A stretch of 64,000 nucleotides of DNA from Acidimicrobiales bacterium (GTDB taxonomy: Bacteria; Actinomycetota; Acidimicrobiia; Acidimicrobiales; SZUA-35), in the NCBI GenBank assembly GCA_037968895.1, contig JBBKWJ010000286.1, forward strand, positions 9,260-73,259, given 5' to 3'. Each line of letters opens with the position of its first letter. The stretch's first letter is position 1. Shown here piece after piece: positions 14,572 through 22,018 of the stretch. The notes under the pieces are model-generated. The model had not been told where the DNA came from, made no database searches, and was given only the letters and a program-made list of their open reading frames with translations. Both the position numbers and the translations under genes were made by a program.

Positions 14572-15792
14572 GTGTCAGAGACCACCCGATTCGGGTTCCG
14601 CATCAAGCCAGACGAGCGAGCAGACGCCGGCTGGCAGATTGATGCCAGCCGCTTCGAACGCTTTCCCCAACGCGACGACGTCTTCAATCGTTCTTGGTGG
14701 GACGAGCGAATCCGCTCGACGACAACCGAACGCTTCTTTCAGTCATACCGAGAGCCGCTACTCGAATGGCGCAAGGCGAGAGGTTTCCGTCGCAAAGACT
14801 ACGCGTTGCGAAACGCGGCCTGGCATGGCGCCGACATCTTCGCCGAACTGAAAGAAGCTGAAGATAGACGCGAGGGGTTCCTTGATCCTCTAAGCGTGTT
14901 GCGTGACGCCTCAGACGAGAAGATGCCGGTCGATGACCCGGTGCAAGAAGCGATTGAGCTTAAGCAGGTAGCCAAGACGCTCGGCGCGGACCTTGTTGGC
15001 ATCACCTCGGCCGACGACCGCTGGCTTTATGCCAGTCGCTACTCACGAGCGGTTGATGGCCCAAAGCCAAACCCGATGGACGAAAGCCTGACGCAAGTGA
15101 TCGTCGTTGGCCAGGCGATGGACCGCTCCATGATCGCCACCGCACCTTCGGCTCTCGCAGGAGCCGCGACCGGGCTTGGCTACTCCCAAGATGTAATCGT
15201 GCTGCTTGCCATCTCGCAGTACATCAGGAACCTCGGCTACCAGGCGGTGCCAACGCTAAACGACACGGCCCTGGCTATTCCGTACGCCATCAAGGCCGGG
15301 CTCGGCGAATACGGCCGTCACGGACTTGTGATCACACCCGAGCACGGGTCAAACGTTCGATTCGGCAAGATCTTCACTGACCTTCCGCTGGCGATCGACT
15401 CGCCGATTCGTTTTGGTGTCGAGGAGATGTGCGGCCTCTGCAATGCCTGCGCCGAAGCCTGCCCGTCGAGCGCAATTCCCCACGACGAGCCGTCCGACCA
15501 CCGGCACAACCAGTCGAACATCAAGGGGATCACCAAGTGGACCGTCGATGGTGAAGCCTGCTTCGGCTATTGGGCCAAGATCAACAGCGACTGCTCGGTC
15601 TGCATCAGGGTCTGTCCTTACACTCGCGACTATTCGACGCTCGAGAGCAAGCTATGGAGCAGACTCGCACAAGGGCGAGGACGACGGCTTGCGCTGTGGT
15701 GGGACCGCCGCTCTGAACGAGGCGCTCGGGTGAAGAGTTCCGAATGGTGGGGTACGACCACTCCGGTGGAACTGACCGTCAAGCCGAGCTAG
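14572..15792 (+). CDS. Reductive dehalogenase (RdhA) family homologue, no Tat signal
   Basis: The track ORF (14389-15792) overlaps the cytochrome c gene. The first in-frame start after its stop is GTG 14572. RdhA-like features: FERFPQRDDVF.RSWWD, GADLVGITSADDRWLYAS, and Fe-S motifs CGLCNACAEACP (Cx2Cx2Cx3CP) and CFGYWAKINSDCSVCIRVCP (Cx10Cx2Cx3CP). Confidence 0.72.
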   Translation: MSETTRFGFRIKPDERADAGWQIDASRFERFPQRDDVFNRSWWDERIRSTTTERFFQSYREPLLEWRKARGFRRKDYALRNAAWHGADIFAELKEAEDRREGFLDPLSVLRDASDEKMPVDDPVQEAIELKQVAKTLGADLVGITSADDRWLYASRYSRAVDGPKPNPMDESLTQVIVVGQAMDRSMIATAPSALAGAATGLGYSQDVIVLLAISQYIRNLGYQAVPTLNDTALAIPYAIKAGLGEYGRHGLVITPEHGSNVRFGKIFTDLPLAIDSPIRFGVEEMCGLCNACAEACPSSAIPHDEPSDHRHNQSNIKGITKWTVDGEACFGYWAKINSDCSVCIRVCPYTRDYSTLESKLWSRLAQGRGRRLALWWDRRSERGARVKSSEWWGTTTPVELTVKPS

Positions 15793-15885
15793 GAGTGTGG
15801 GTCTGAATCGGTTGACACAATCTCGGGAAGGACTCGATCTGGTTCGGTTGTTGACCCGTGTTGTAAGTGTCTAGTTGCTGACGGT

Positions 15886-16893
15886 TCAGTTGTTGCTTGA
15901 GGGATGCCGTCGCCAGTGACACGGAGCGCACCGCAGTTGCAGTTCGTCAACAACCGTTCGCCGGCTCGTCTCAAACTCAGGCACATGATCAAACGTCAGC
16001 AACTCGCGACGTCCGCAATCTACACACACCCGATCGCGTTCCTTGACCACTCGTTTCTGCCGCGTCGTGGGATGACGATGCTTGCCAGACACGTTGATTG
16101 GCTTGCTCTCCGCGTCGTGGATCATGGCTCGAATAGTGGCTGTGTCAGCGATCCGGCCAATAACGCTGTCGGGGATCGGTGTGCCGTCATCCATCGTCGT
16201 TCCGTCACCCCGCACATGCACCACAACCTCGGTGTTGATGGTCCCGGCACCCTCGTTCAGTAGTTCTTCCAAGGCGTCTGCGTGTTGTTGGGCCAGAGTC
16301 GGCCAGGTTCCGTCGGCCTGGCGGCGTGGCTTGGAGCGCATCACCAAGCTGGTGATGATCGCAATGAACATCGAAGCCAACAACGGCGGTAACCGCATAC
16401 TGATACTGACCATGCCGTCAGGGTCGTTACGCCATTTGATTGACCGCCGTTGCCGGTGAAATTTCTCTAACGCATCAGGGTCAGACGACTTCTGTAGCCA
16501 TGCGGCGATCGCACGACCCAAATCAGCTGCCGAAACCGATTTGGCGAGGGCAACTAGTTCGGCTTCGTTCTCGACTGTGGCGACTCTGGTCAAGGTCCGG
16601 ATCTTCGAATACGACAATTCACTCGCCTCAAACGCTGCCGCGGACGCGTGCAAAACCTGTAAACAACGCCCGATCCGGATCCATTCACGAGTTGTGCACG
16701 TTTCAACGTCAGCGATATCAGATAGCCATGAGGCAGCTGTTGGCGCACCTTCAAGTACCCATTCACCAGAGTCAGCGAACTGTGCGGCGAGGATCACTAA
16801 CTCGTATTGGCTTCTGGCCCACACACCAGCGGTTTCGCGTAGTTTGGTCGCCAACGGCGACCGTGTTGATGGGGTTGAGAGTGTTGTGGTCAT
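15886..16893 (-). CDS. DUF222 domain + HNH endonuclease protein (13E12-repeat-like family)
   Basis: C-terminal HNH region CVDCGRRELLTFDHVPEF...LQLRCAPCHWRRH with a DUF222-type body. ATG 16893 is preceded by GAAAGGCGGAA. The track start at 17004 would translate a motif that is non-coding at the second locus. Confidence 0.8.
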   Translation of the reverse strand: MTTTLSTPSTRSPLATKLRETAGVWARSQYELVILAAQFADSGEWVLEGAPTAASWLSDIADVETCTTREWIRIGRCLQVLHASAAAFEASELSYSKIRTLTRVATVENEAELVALAKSVSAADLGRAIAAWLQKSSDPDALEKFHRQRRSIKWRNDPDGMVSISMRLPPLLASMFIAIITSLVMRSKPRRQADGTWPTLAQQHADALEELLNEGAGTINTEVVVHVRGDGTTMDDGTPIPDSVIGRIADTATIRAMIHDAESKPINVSGKHRHPTTRQKRVVKERDRVCVDCGRRELLTFDHVPEFETSRRTVVDELQLRCAPCHWRRHPSSNN

Positions 16894-16952
16894 TGAAGGT
16901 TCCGCCTTTCGTTTCGAGTGGCTGCCGATTGTGTGCCGCTCGAGCTCCGCTC

Positions 16953-16978
16953 GAGTAAGCCTAATCAGGGGGTGTGAC
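16953..16978 (-). repeat. Conserved 5' motif shared by both DUF222 loci (copy A)
   Basis: The minus strand reads GTCACACCCCCTGATTAGGCTTACTC. Copy B at 43165-43191 reads GTCACACCCCCTAAGTAGTGTTTACTC. They share an identical 12-mer plus TAG and TTACTC. Confidence 0.7.
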
Positions 16979-17162
16979 ACTCGAAGAACAGCCCTTTTCG
17001 TCACTACGAGTGGCTGTCACGCGTCCGCAGCCACGCCTCGACCACCGAACGTGAGATATCCAGGAGGCATCGGTGAGCGTCTCGTCCGTGCGCCATCGGT
17101 GACGGCGAAGTAACGCACGCTAACCAGGATCAATAGCGACCCACGCTCCTAGTGAAGCCGAA

Positions 17163-17897
17163 CTAATACAGCCCGATCATTCGACCGGCCAACGCGAGAA
17201 CAGAAACGACCAACACTGGGCGGATTACTCGCTCGCCGCCCTCGACTGCGAACTTCGCTCCGACGTAGCCACCAACCGCCATACCGGCGGCAAGCACAAT
17301 GGCGGGTAACCAATCGACTTGTCCCTTGTAAATGAAGACTGGAACGGCGGTGATCGTGACCCCGAGGATCACCAGCGTCTTAATCGCGTTCGCCTCAACG
17401 AGGTCGAAGCCAGCGCGTGCCAGGATCAACAGAAGAATGATCCCTACCCCCGCCTGGATAGAGCCCGCGTACACTCCGACAAGGAAAAATACGACGACCG
17501 AAAGCCACGTAGGCCAGGGCTGCGGAGCAGCGGTCGCCTTTGGCTTCCAGATAGCAATCACCAGCAACGGAATCATGAGTACGCCGAAGAGCCTCTCAAA
17601 GACCTTGTCGTCGACGTTCGAGATAATGGTTGCGCCAACCAGCCCGCCAACGACCGCGGGCACCACGACGGGCACGCTCCTCCGCCATACATCAACGCCG
17701 CGTTTCGCGTAGCTGTAGGCCGAGCTTGCGTTCTGTACCAACACGGCAACTCGATTGGTGCCGTTGGCTACTAAGCCCTCAAGCCCGACGACGCTGAGCA
17801 ACGGAACAGTGAGCAATGATCCGCCGCCAGCCATCGAGTTAATCCCGCCAGCAAACACGCCGCCAATGAACACGAGGATGACGTTCAAAGCCGACAT
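17163..17897 (-). CDS. TauE/SafE family sulfite/anion exporter
   Basis: 244-aa polytopic membrane ORF with Gly-rich helices (GGVFAGGINSMAGGGSLLTVPLL) and a two-fold internal repeat, typical of TauE/SafE. Confidence 0.8.
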   Translation of the reverse strand: MSALNVILVFIGGVFAGGINSMAGGGSLLTVPLLSVVGLEGLVANGTNRVAVLVQNASSAYSYAKRGVDVWRRSVPVVVPAVVGGLVGATIISNVDDKVFERLFGVLMIPLLVIAIWKPKATAAPQPWPTWLSVVVFFLVGVYAGSIQAGVGIILLLILARAGFDLVEANAIKTLVILGVTITAVPVFIYKGQVDWLPAIVLAAGMAVGGYVGAKFAVEGGERVIRPVLVVSVLALAGRMIGLY

Positions 17898-17946
17898 TCC
17901 TCGAAGCTACACCGCTTAGGGCAAAACCAGTGGAAGAATCGTCCCC

Positions 17947-19098
17947 ATGCGTAGAGGACTAGCTGGACTCATACTCGGCCTATCACTGGTGGTCGCCTCG
18001 TTGGCCTGGGCCGGGTTCGTGATGACCCACACCGTTCTCGATCCAGATCGCTCCGAGCGTCTCGCCGATCAAGTACTTGACAACGAAACGTTGCGGGCCG
18101 CACTCGTGTCCCGGCTGACCGACTCGATCGCCGCCGCCCTGCCCGAAGGCACGCCGATCCCTCGCCAACAGCTTGAGGCCATTGCTGACACTGCACTCGA
18201 CGACCCAACGGTCGAGAGCATGGTGCGCGACGGCCTTGTCGCATCACACCAGAACGCGCTAAACGGAGTCGACGACCCCGTCATCCTCAATGCGACTGCG
18301 CTCACCGTTGCCGCTCGAGCCGCGTTGGTGAGCGAGCGGCCCGAGCTTGACTCGGTGCTCCCCGAGGGACCGGCGCTTGCCATCGAGATGCCCTCAACTG
18401 GGCTGTCGTGGCTCGGAAGCGTGCGGACGTTCGTTATCCGCTTCACGTGGGGGGCGGCGCTCGTCGCGATTGTGGGAGCGCTCAGTTCGCTGATCGTGGC
18501 CAAGAACCGCGCTGCTGTCTTGCGCCGAGTGTCAGCCTGGGCGTTTGGCGCCGCAGCATTCTGGCTCGCCGTTGGGTACCTCATCCCCTATCTTGCAACC
18601 CGAGTCGGGCCGACGTCTTCTGCGGTCGCAACCGCCTTCATCGACGTGCTCTTTGGTGCGATGATCCGACCTGCGATCCTCATGGCCGCATTCGGGCTAT
18701 TGCTGCTTGGATTCTCGTTTGCCATTGCGGCGGTGCAAGATCGACGGCCCGCTCGCCTGCTCCAACCCACACAAAAAAGGGTCCCTGCTCCCGTCGAGCC
18801 TCGGAAGGTGCCAAGGGCGGGCCAACAGTCAAACGTTCGCCGGGCACCAAGCGCGCAACCGCCCCATCAGCGCAGCGGTCATTCCCAAGGCGCTGATCAC
18901 ACGGCGGTTCAGCCGCGGCCGGCAACCCCCACCGCCTTTCCCGGATCCGCGGCAAGGCAGCCCCCAGCGGCAACACCGCCGACCCAACAATCACCCCAGC
19001 CAGCACAGCAGGCGCCAACGGCCGTGCCTCAACCGTCGCGCCAACAGCAGTCACGCTGGGTTGAGGGCGTCGGCTACGTGGACGAACCCGAGATCTGA
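17947..19098 (+). CDS. Membrane protein with long Pro/Gln/Ala-rich C-terminal tail, unknown function
   Basis: 383-aa ORF with an N-terminal TM helix, four further hydrophobic segments and about 110 aa of low-complexity PQ-rich tail. Its 3' end overlaps the convergent hydrolase gene by 25 nt. Confidence 0.6.
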   Translation: MRRGLAGLILGLSLVVASLAWAGFVMTHTVLDPDRSERLADQVLDNETLRAALVSRLTDSIAAALPEGTPIPRQQLEAIADTALDDPTVESMVRDGLVASHQNALNGVDDPVILNATALTVAARAALVSERPELDSVLPEGPALAIEMPSTGLSWLGSVRTFVIRFTWGAALVAIVGALSSLIVAKNRAAVLRRVSAWAFGAAAFWLAVGYLIPYLATRVGPTSSAVATAFIDVLFGAMIRPAILMAAFGLLLLGFSFAIAAVQDRRPARLLQPTQKRVPAPVEPRKVPRAGQQSNVRRAPSAQPPHQRSGHSQGADHTAVQPRPATPTAFPGSAARQPPAATPPTQQSPQPAQQAPTAVPQPSRQQQSRWVEGVGYVDEPEI

Positions 19099-19982
19099 CT
19101 CTCGGCTGAGGTTGCGAGCGCCGCCACCTGTGCGTCGAGCCAGGCAACCATCTCGGTCATGACCTCGACCTGCTCAGGCTCGTTGAAACACTCGTGGCGA
19201 AGGCCTGGCCACATTCGCCTGGTCACGTTGACGAGGCGGTCAAGCGGGGCTGAAGCCGCTGGCGGCACGAGCATGTCGGCCTCACCGTGCAGCACATACA
19301 GTGGCAACTTCAACAAGTGCAACTGGGCCGTTGTTGCTTTCATTGTCTTGAAGATCTCAGCACCCAGTCGAGCGGTTGCCCCCTTGACGACCAAAGGGTC
19401 GTTCATATATGCCTCTTGTACCGCGACGTCTCGCGTAAGAATGTCGCCGTCAATTTCGGCCGGGATGAATTGCTTGCCTCGCAACTTCCCAATGATCGGA
19501 GCCGCGTAGCGCTGCCATGCGGGGACGACGGCGGCCAAGGCCGGTGCACTCAGCACACCAAGATCTACCGCGGGCCGGTCGGCGACAAGATAGGTGGCCA
19601 CAATGAGACCACCAAGCGAGTGGCCGAGCAGCCCAATCGGAACACCAAGGGCTGAGCGTTCTTCGAGAAGCGCTTCGATGTCGTCGAGGTATTGGTCGAA
19701 TGAGTCGACATACGCCCGCTCACCGCTCGACTGTCCGAATCCGCGATTGTCGGCGGCCAGCACGTCGTAGCCGTTGGCGGCAAGGAACTTACCGACGTGC
19801 TCATACCGCCCGGTGTGCTCGCCAATCCCGTGCACCAGCAGTATGGCGGCCTTCGGCTCATCGACTGGCCATCTGCGGCGAAGCTGGGTTCGACCATCGG
19901 AGGCCGACGCAAAGTATGGAGACACGAGGGGCTCAGTCACAGGACGATCGTAGCCATAACGGACTCGCCAGCCCCACCTCAC
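19074..19982 (-). CDS. Alpha/beta hydrolase (lysophospholipase / monoacylglycerol lipase-like)
   Basis: LLVHGIGEHTGRYEHV and the nucleophile elbow GHSLGG. Start uncertain: GTG 19982 or GTG 19940. Confidence 0.85.
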   Translation of the reverse strand: MRWGWRVRYGYDRPVTEPLVSPYFASASDGRTQLRRRWPVDEPKAAILLVHGIGEHTGRYEHVGKFLAANGYDVLAADNRGFGQSSGERAYVDSFDQYLDDIEALLEERSALGVPIGLLGHSLGGLIVATYLVADRPAVDLGVLSAPALAAVVPAWQRYAAPIIGKLRGKQFIPAEIDGDILTRDVAVQEAYMNDPLVVKGATARLGAEIFKTMKATTAQLHLLKLPLYVLHGEADMLVPPAASAPLDRLVNVTRRMWPGLRHECFNEPEQVEVMTEMVAWLDAQVAALATSAESQISGSST

Positions 19983-20047
19983 AACCTGGGCTAATCTCTC
20001 GTGGATCGCACGCTTCAGCGCGACGACACACTCGGGAGCACGCTGCC

Positions 20048-20410
20048 ATGCAACCTTCGCAGTTCCAGGCGATCCTTCTCGTTGCTGGTGGTGCCATAGT
20101 TGGCGCCGCCGTGCGTTATGGGGCGCAAGAGGTTGCAGGAACCGGCTGGTGGGTCACTCTGATCCTCAACATCGTCGGCTCTGCCATAGTCGGTTGGATG
20201 ATGGGTCGCCGACTCGAATTCGTCGATGGCATTTGGCTTGCGGGGGCCGTCGGCTTCTGTGGTGGCCTTACGACCTTCTCTGGGTTCGCCCTTCAGGTCG
20301 CCGAATACCTTTACCAAAGCCAGTGGCTGAGTGCGGCCGGGATCGTGCTCAGCACCGTGGTTCTGGCTGTTGTTGGCGCCGGCGTCGGCTATCGGGCGGC
20401 AACGCAATGA
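20048..20410 (+). CDS. crcB: Fluoride ion channel CrcB/Fluc, subunit 1
   Basis: 120 aa from ATG 20048 with four hydrophobic helices and the CrcB signature GFCGGLTTFSGF. The upstream part of the track ORF (19700-20047) is antisense to the hydrolase gene. Confidence 0.9.
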   Translation: MQPSQFQAILLVAGGAIVGAAVRYGAQEVAGTGWWVTLILNIVGSAIVGWMMGRRLEFVDGIWLAGAVGFCGGLTTFSGFALQVAEYLYQSQWLSAAGIVLSTVVLAVVGAGVGYRAATQ

Positions 20411-20751
20411 TCGCCGTCTTGACCGTAATTGGGTTCATGGTCGCCGCCGGAATCGGGGGCAGCCTCCGCTGGATCAGTTCGGAATATGGCGACGGCGAGG
20501 CGCCACTTGGCACCTTTGCGGTCAACGTAGTCGCCTCACTGGTGCTCGGACTTCTCGTCGGCTTCGACGTCGGCGGAGAGTTGTTCTTCCAGGTAGCCCT
20601 TCTCGGCACGCTTTCGACCTGGTCAACGCTGGCCAACCAGGTGGCCAAGCTTCTTCGAGCGGGAAACGATGGTCTCGCGGCGGTCTACCTCTCGACCTCA
20701 ATCGTTGCTGGTGTGTGCGCCGCCTGGGGTGGGCTACTCCTCGGCCGCTAG
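20407..20751 (+). CDS. crcB: Fluoride ion channel CrcB/Fluc, subunit 2
   Basis: 114 aa from ATG 20407, with an ATGA overlap onto the crcB-1 stop. Contains GTFAVNVVASLVLG and LLGTLSTWST. Confidence 0.9.
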   Translation: MIAVLTVIGFMVAAGIGGSLRWISSEYGDGEAPLGTFAVNVVASLVLGLLVGFDVGGELFFQVALLGTLSTWSTLANQVAKLLRAGNDGLAAVYLSTSIVAGVCAAWGGLLLGR

Positions 20752-21036
20752 GCGAACCGCTTGACAATCGGCAGTTATGACCCCGACGACCTCGTTGGTG
20801 TCTGGGTCGACAATCTGAATCGTCCCTTCGACAAGCGACTCGTCTTCGAGACACTGGTCATCGGCCAATTGCTGGGCCTGAGCCCTGACTTCTGCATTCG
20901 GGTCGACATCGTCGGTATTCGAACCGTGCGGATCAACCACCGTCGTTGTGGTCGGACTCAGATCAACCGGGGTGGCGTCTTCGCCCGTGCAACCCACGCC
21001 GACGAGAAGTAGGGCGGCGGCCAGGAGAATTCGCAT
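20734..21036 (-). CDS. Small acidic lipoprotein, unknown function
   Basis: 100-aa ORF with signal + lipobox MRILLAAALLLVGVGCTG and two further Cys residues. Overlaps the crcB-2 3' end by 18 nt (convergent). Confidence 0.55.
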   Translation of the reverse strand: MRILLAAALLLVGVGCTGEDATPVDLSPTTTTVVDPHGSNTDDVDPNAEVRAQAQQLADDQCLEDESLVEGTIQIVDPDTNEVVGVITADCQAVRLAAEE

Positions 21037-21065
21037 CGACTCAGCGTAGAAGTTGAGAAACGAAA

Positions 21066-21091
21066 AGAGCCGCCCACGAGTGGACGGCTCT
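21066..21091 (-). terminator. Intrinsic terminator downstream of tRNA-Glu
   Basis: The minus strand reads AGAGCCGTCCACTCGTGGGCGGCTCT followed by TTTCGTTTCTC. The outer stem is 7 bp (AGAGCCG/CGGCTCT) with 3 inner pairs around a CGAG-type loop. Confidence 0.7.
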
Positions 21092-21100
21092 GCTTCTCTG

Positions 21101-21173
21101 CACCCCGTACGGGATTTGAACCCGTGTTACCGCCGTGAGAGGGCGACGTCCTAGGCCGCTAGACGAACGGGGC
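21101..21173 (-). tRNA. tRNA-Glu (anticodon CUC)
   Basis: Hand-folded cloverleaf of GCCCCGTTCGTCTAGCGGCCTAGGACGTCGCCCTCTCACGGCGGTAACACGGGTTCAAATCCCGTACGGGGTG. Anticodon loop CTCTCAC, T-arm ACGGG/TTCAAAT/CCCGT. No CCA is encoded. Confidence 0.9.
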
Positions 21174-21255
21174 CTGTTGTGCAGTTCAGCCCGAAGGCTG
21201 ATTTCGCCAAGCGATCCTAACGACCCCCGCAGGAGAGGCCAACATCGCTCGGTTG

Positions 21256-21327
21256 TTCGGAGGGGAGGACTTGAACCCCCAATGACTGGATCAGAACCAG
21301 TTGTGTTGCCAATTACACCACCCCCGA
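21256..21327 (-). tRNA. tRNA-Gln (anticodon CUG)
   Basis: Hand-folded TCGGGGGTGGTGTAATTGGCAACACAACTGGTTCTGATCCAGTCATTGGGGGTTCAAGTCCTCCCCTCCGAA. It has a U1-A72 pair (typical of bacterial tRNA-Gln), perfect D stem (GTGT/ACAC) and anticodon stem (ACTGG/CCAGT), and loop TTCTGAT. No CCA is encoded. Confidence 0.9.
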
Positions 21328-21400
21328 TCGGTGGTTCTCTTACGAGAAGCCGTAATCGTAGCGGACCAACGCCAACGCTCCGACTTCTTTTCGAAGTTCG

Positions 21401-22015
21401 TTATCGGTCGTCGAGGAGCGCATCGAGGCGGCGGAAGCTGAGCACGCGGCCGACCGATACGGCGACGGTCTCGTGGACGAGGCGTCCAAAGGGCGCAGCC
21501 GACGCAGTTGGTGCCGCAGCTGCGTCTAGGCCAACTGACTCCGCCACCAATTCAGCCCGCCTGGCATGGTACGAATCAGTCACAACGACAACATCGGTGA
21601 TATCTGGCACGAGGAACCGGGAGACCGCAGCCAGTGACTGGTATGTCGAGTCTCCCTGGACTTCGAGCAGCAAAGCTTCGTCAGGTATCCCGAGGGCACG
21701 CAAATAGTCGTATCCCGCCTTCGCCTCTGTCGTCCGATCCCCCACCTGGTTTCCGCCAGTCACGACGATCATCTCGATCGCCCCTGAAAAATATAGCTCA
21801 GCGCCAAGGTCGAGTCGCCCCGCAAAAACGGGAGAAGGTCGACCGTCATACTGGGCGGCGCCGAGCACAATCGCCGCTTGCGCCTCCCCACCGAACGAGC
21901 GCCGCGAGGTCAACCAGATATCGACAAATGTCGAACCCACGTAGAGCAGAATCAACGCCGAGATCACCGAAAGCCAACGGACAATTCGACGTCGGCTGGA
22001 TCTCGCTGCGGTCAT
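21401..22015 (-). CDS. DUF218 / YdcF (SanA-ElyC-like) family protein
   Basis: 204-aa ORF with an N-terminal TM helix. Family-typical AIVLGAAQYDGRPSPVFAGRLD...VVTGGN...TEA and VVVVTDSYHARRA. Confidence 0.78.
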   Translation of the reverse strand: MTAARSSRRRIVRWLSVISALILLYVGSTFVDIWLTSRRSFGGEAQAAIVLGAAQYDGRPSPVFAGRLDLGAELYFSGAIEMIVVTGGNQVGDRTTEAKAGYDYLRALGIPDEALLLEVQGDSTYQSLAAVSRFLVPDITDVVVVTDSYHARRAELVAESVGLDAAAAPTASAAPFGRLVHETVAVSVGRVLSFRRLDALLDDR

Positions 22016-22018
22016 TGC

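Noticed and set aside
19700-20047. 5' extension of the crcB ORF (236-aa track ORF).
   Set aside because: It is antisense to the alpha/beta hydrolase gene and Arg-rich. The CrcB fold is complete from ATG 20048.
19983-20047. Possible fluoride riboswitch upstream of crcB.
   Set aside because: Reading the 65 nt, I could not find the conserved core elements as I remember them. A covariance-model scan is needed for certainty.
21135-21707. 190-aa plus-strand ORF.
   Set aside because: It runs across both tRNA genes and antisense to the DUF218 gene, and its translation is Arg/Ser/Pro-rich.
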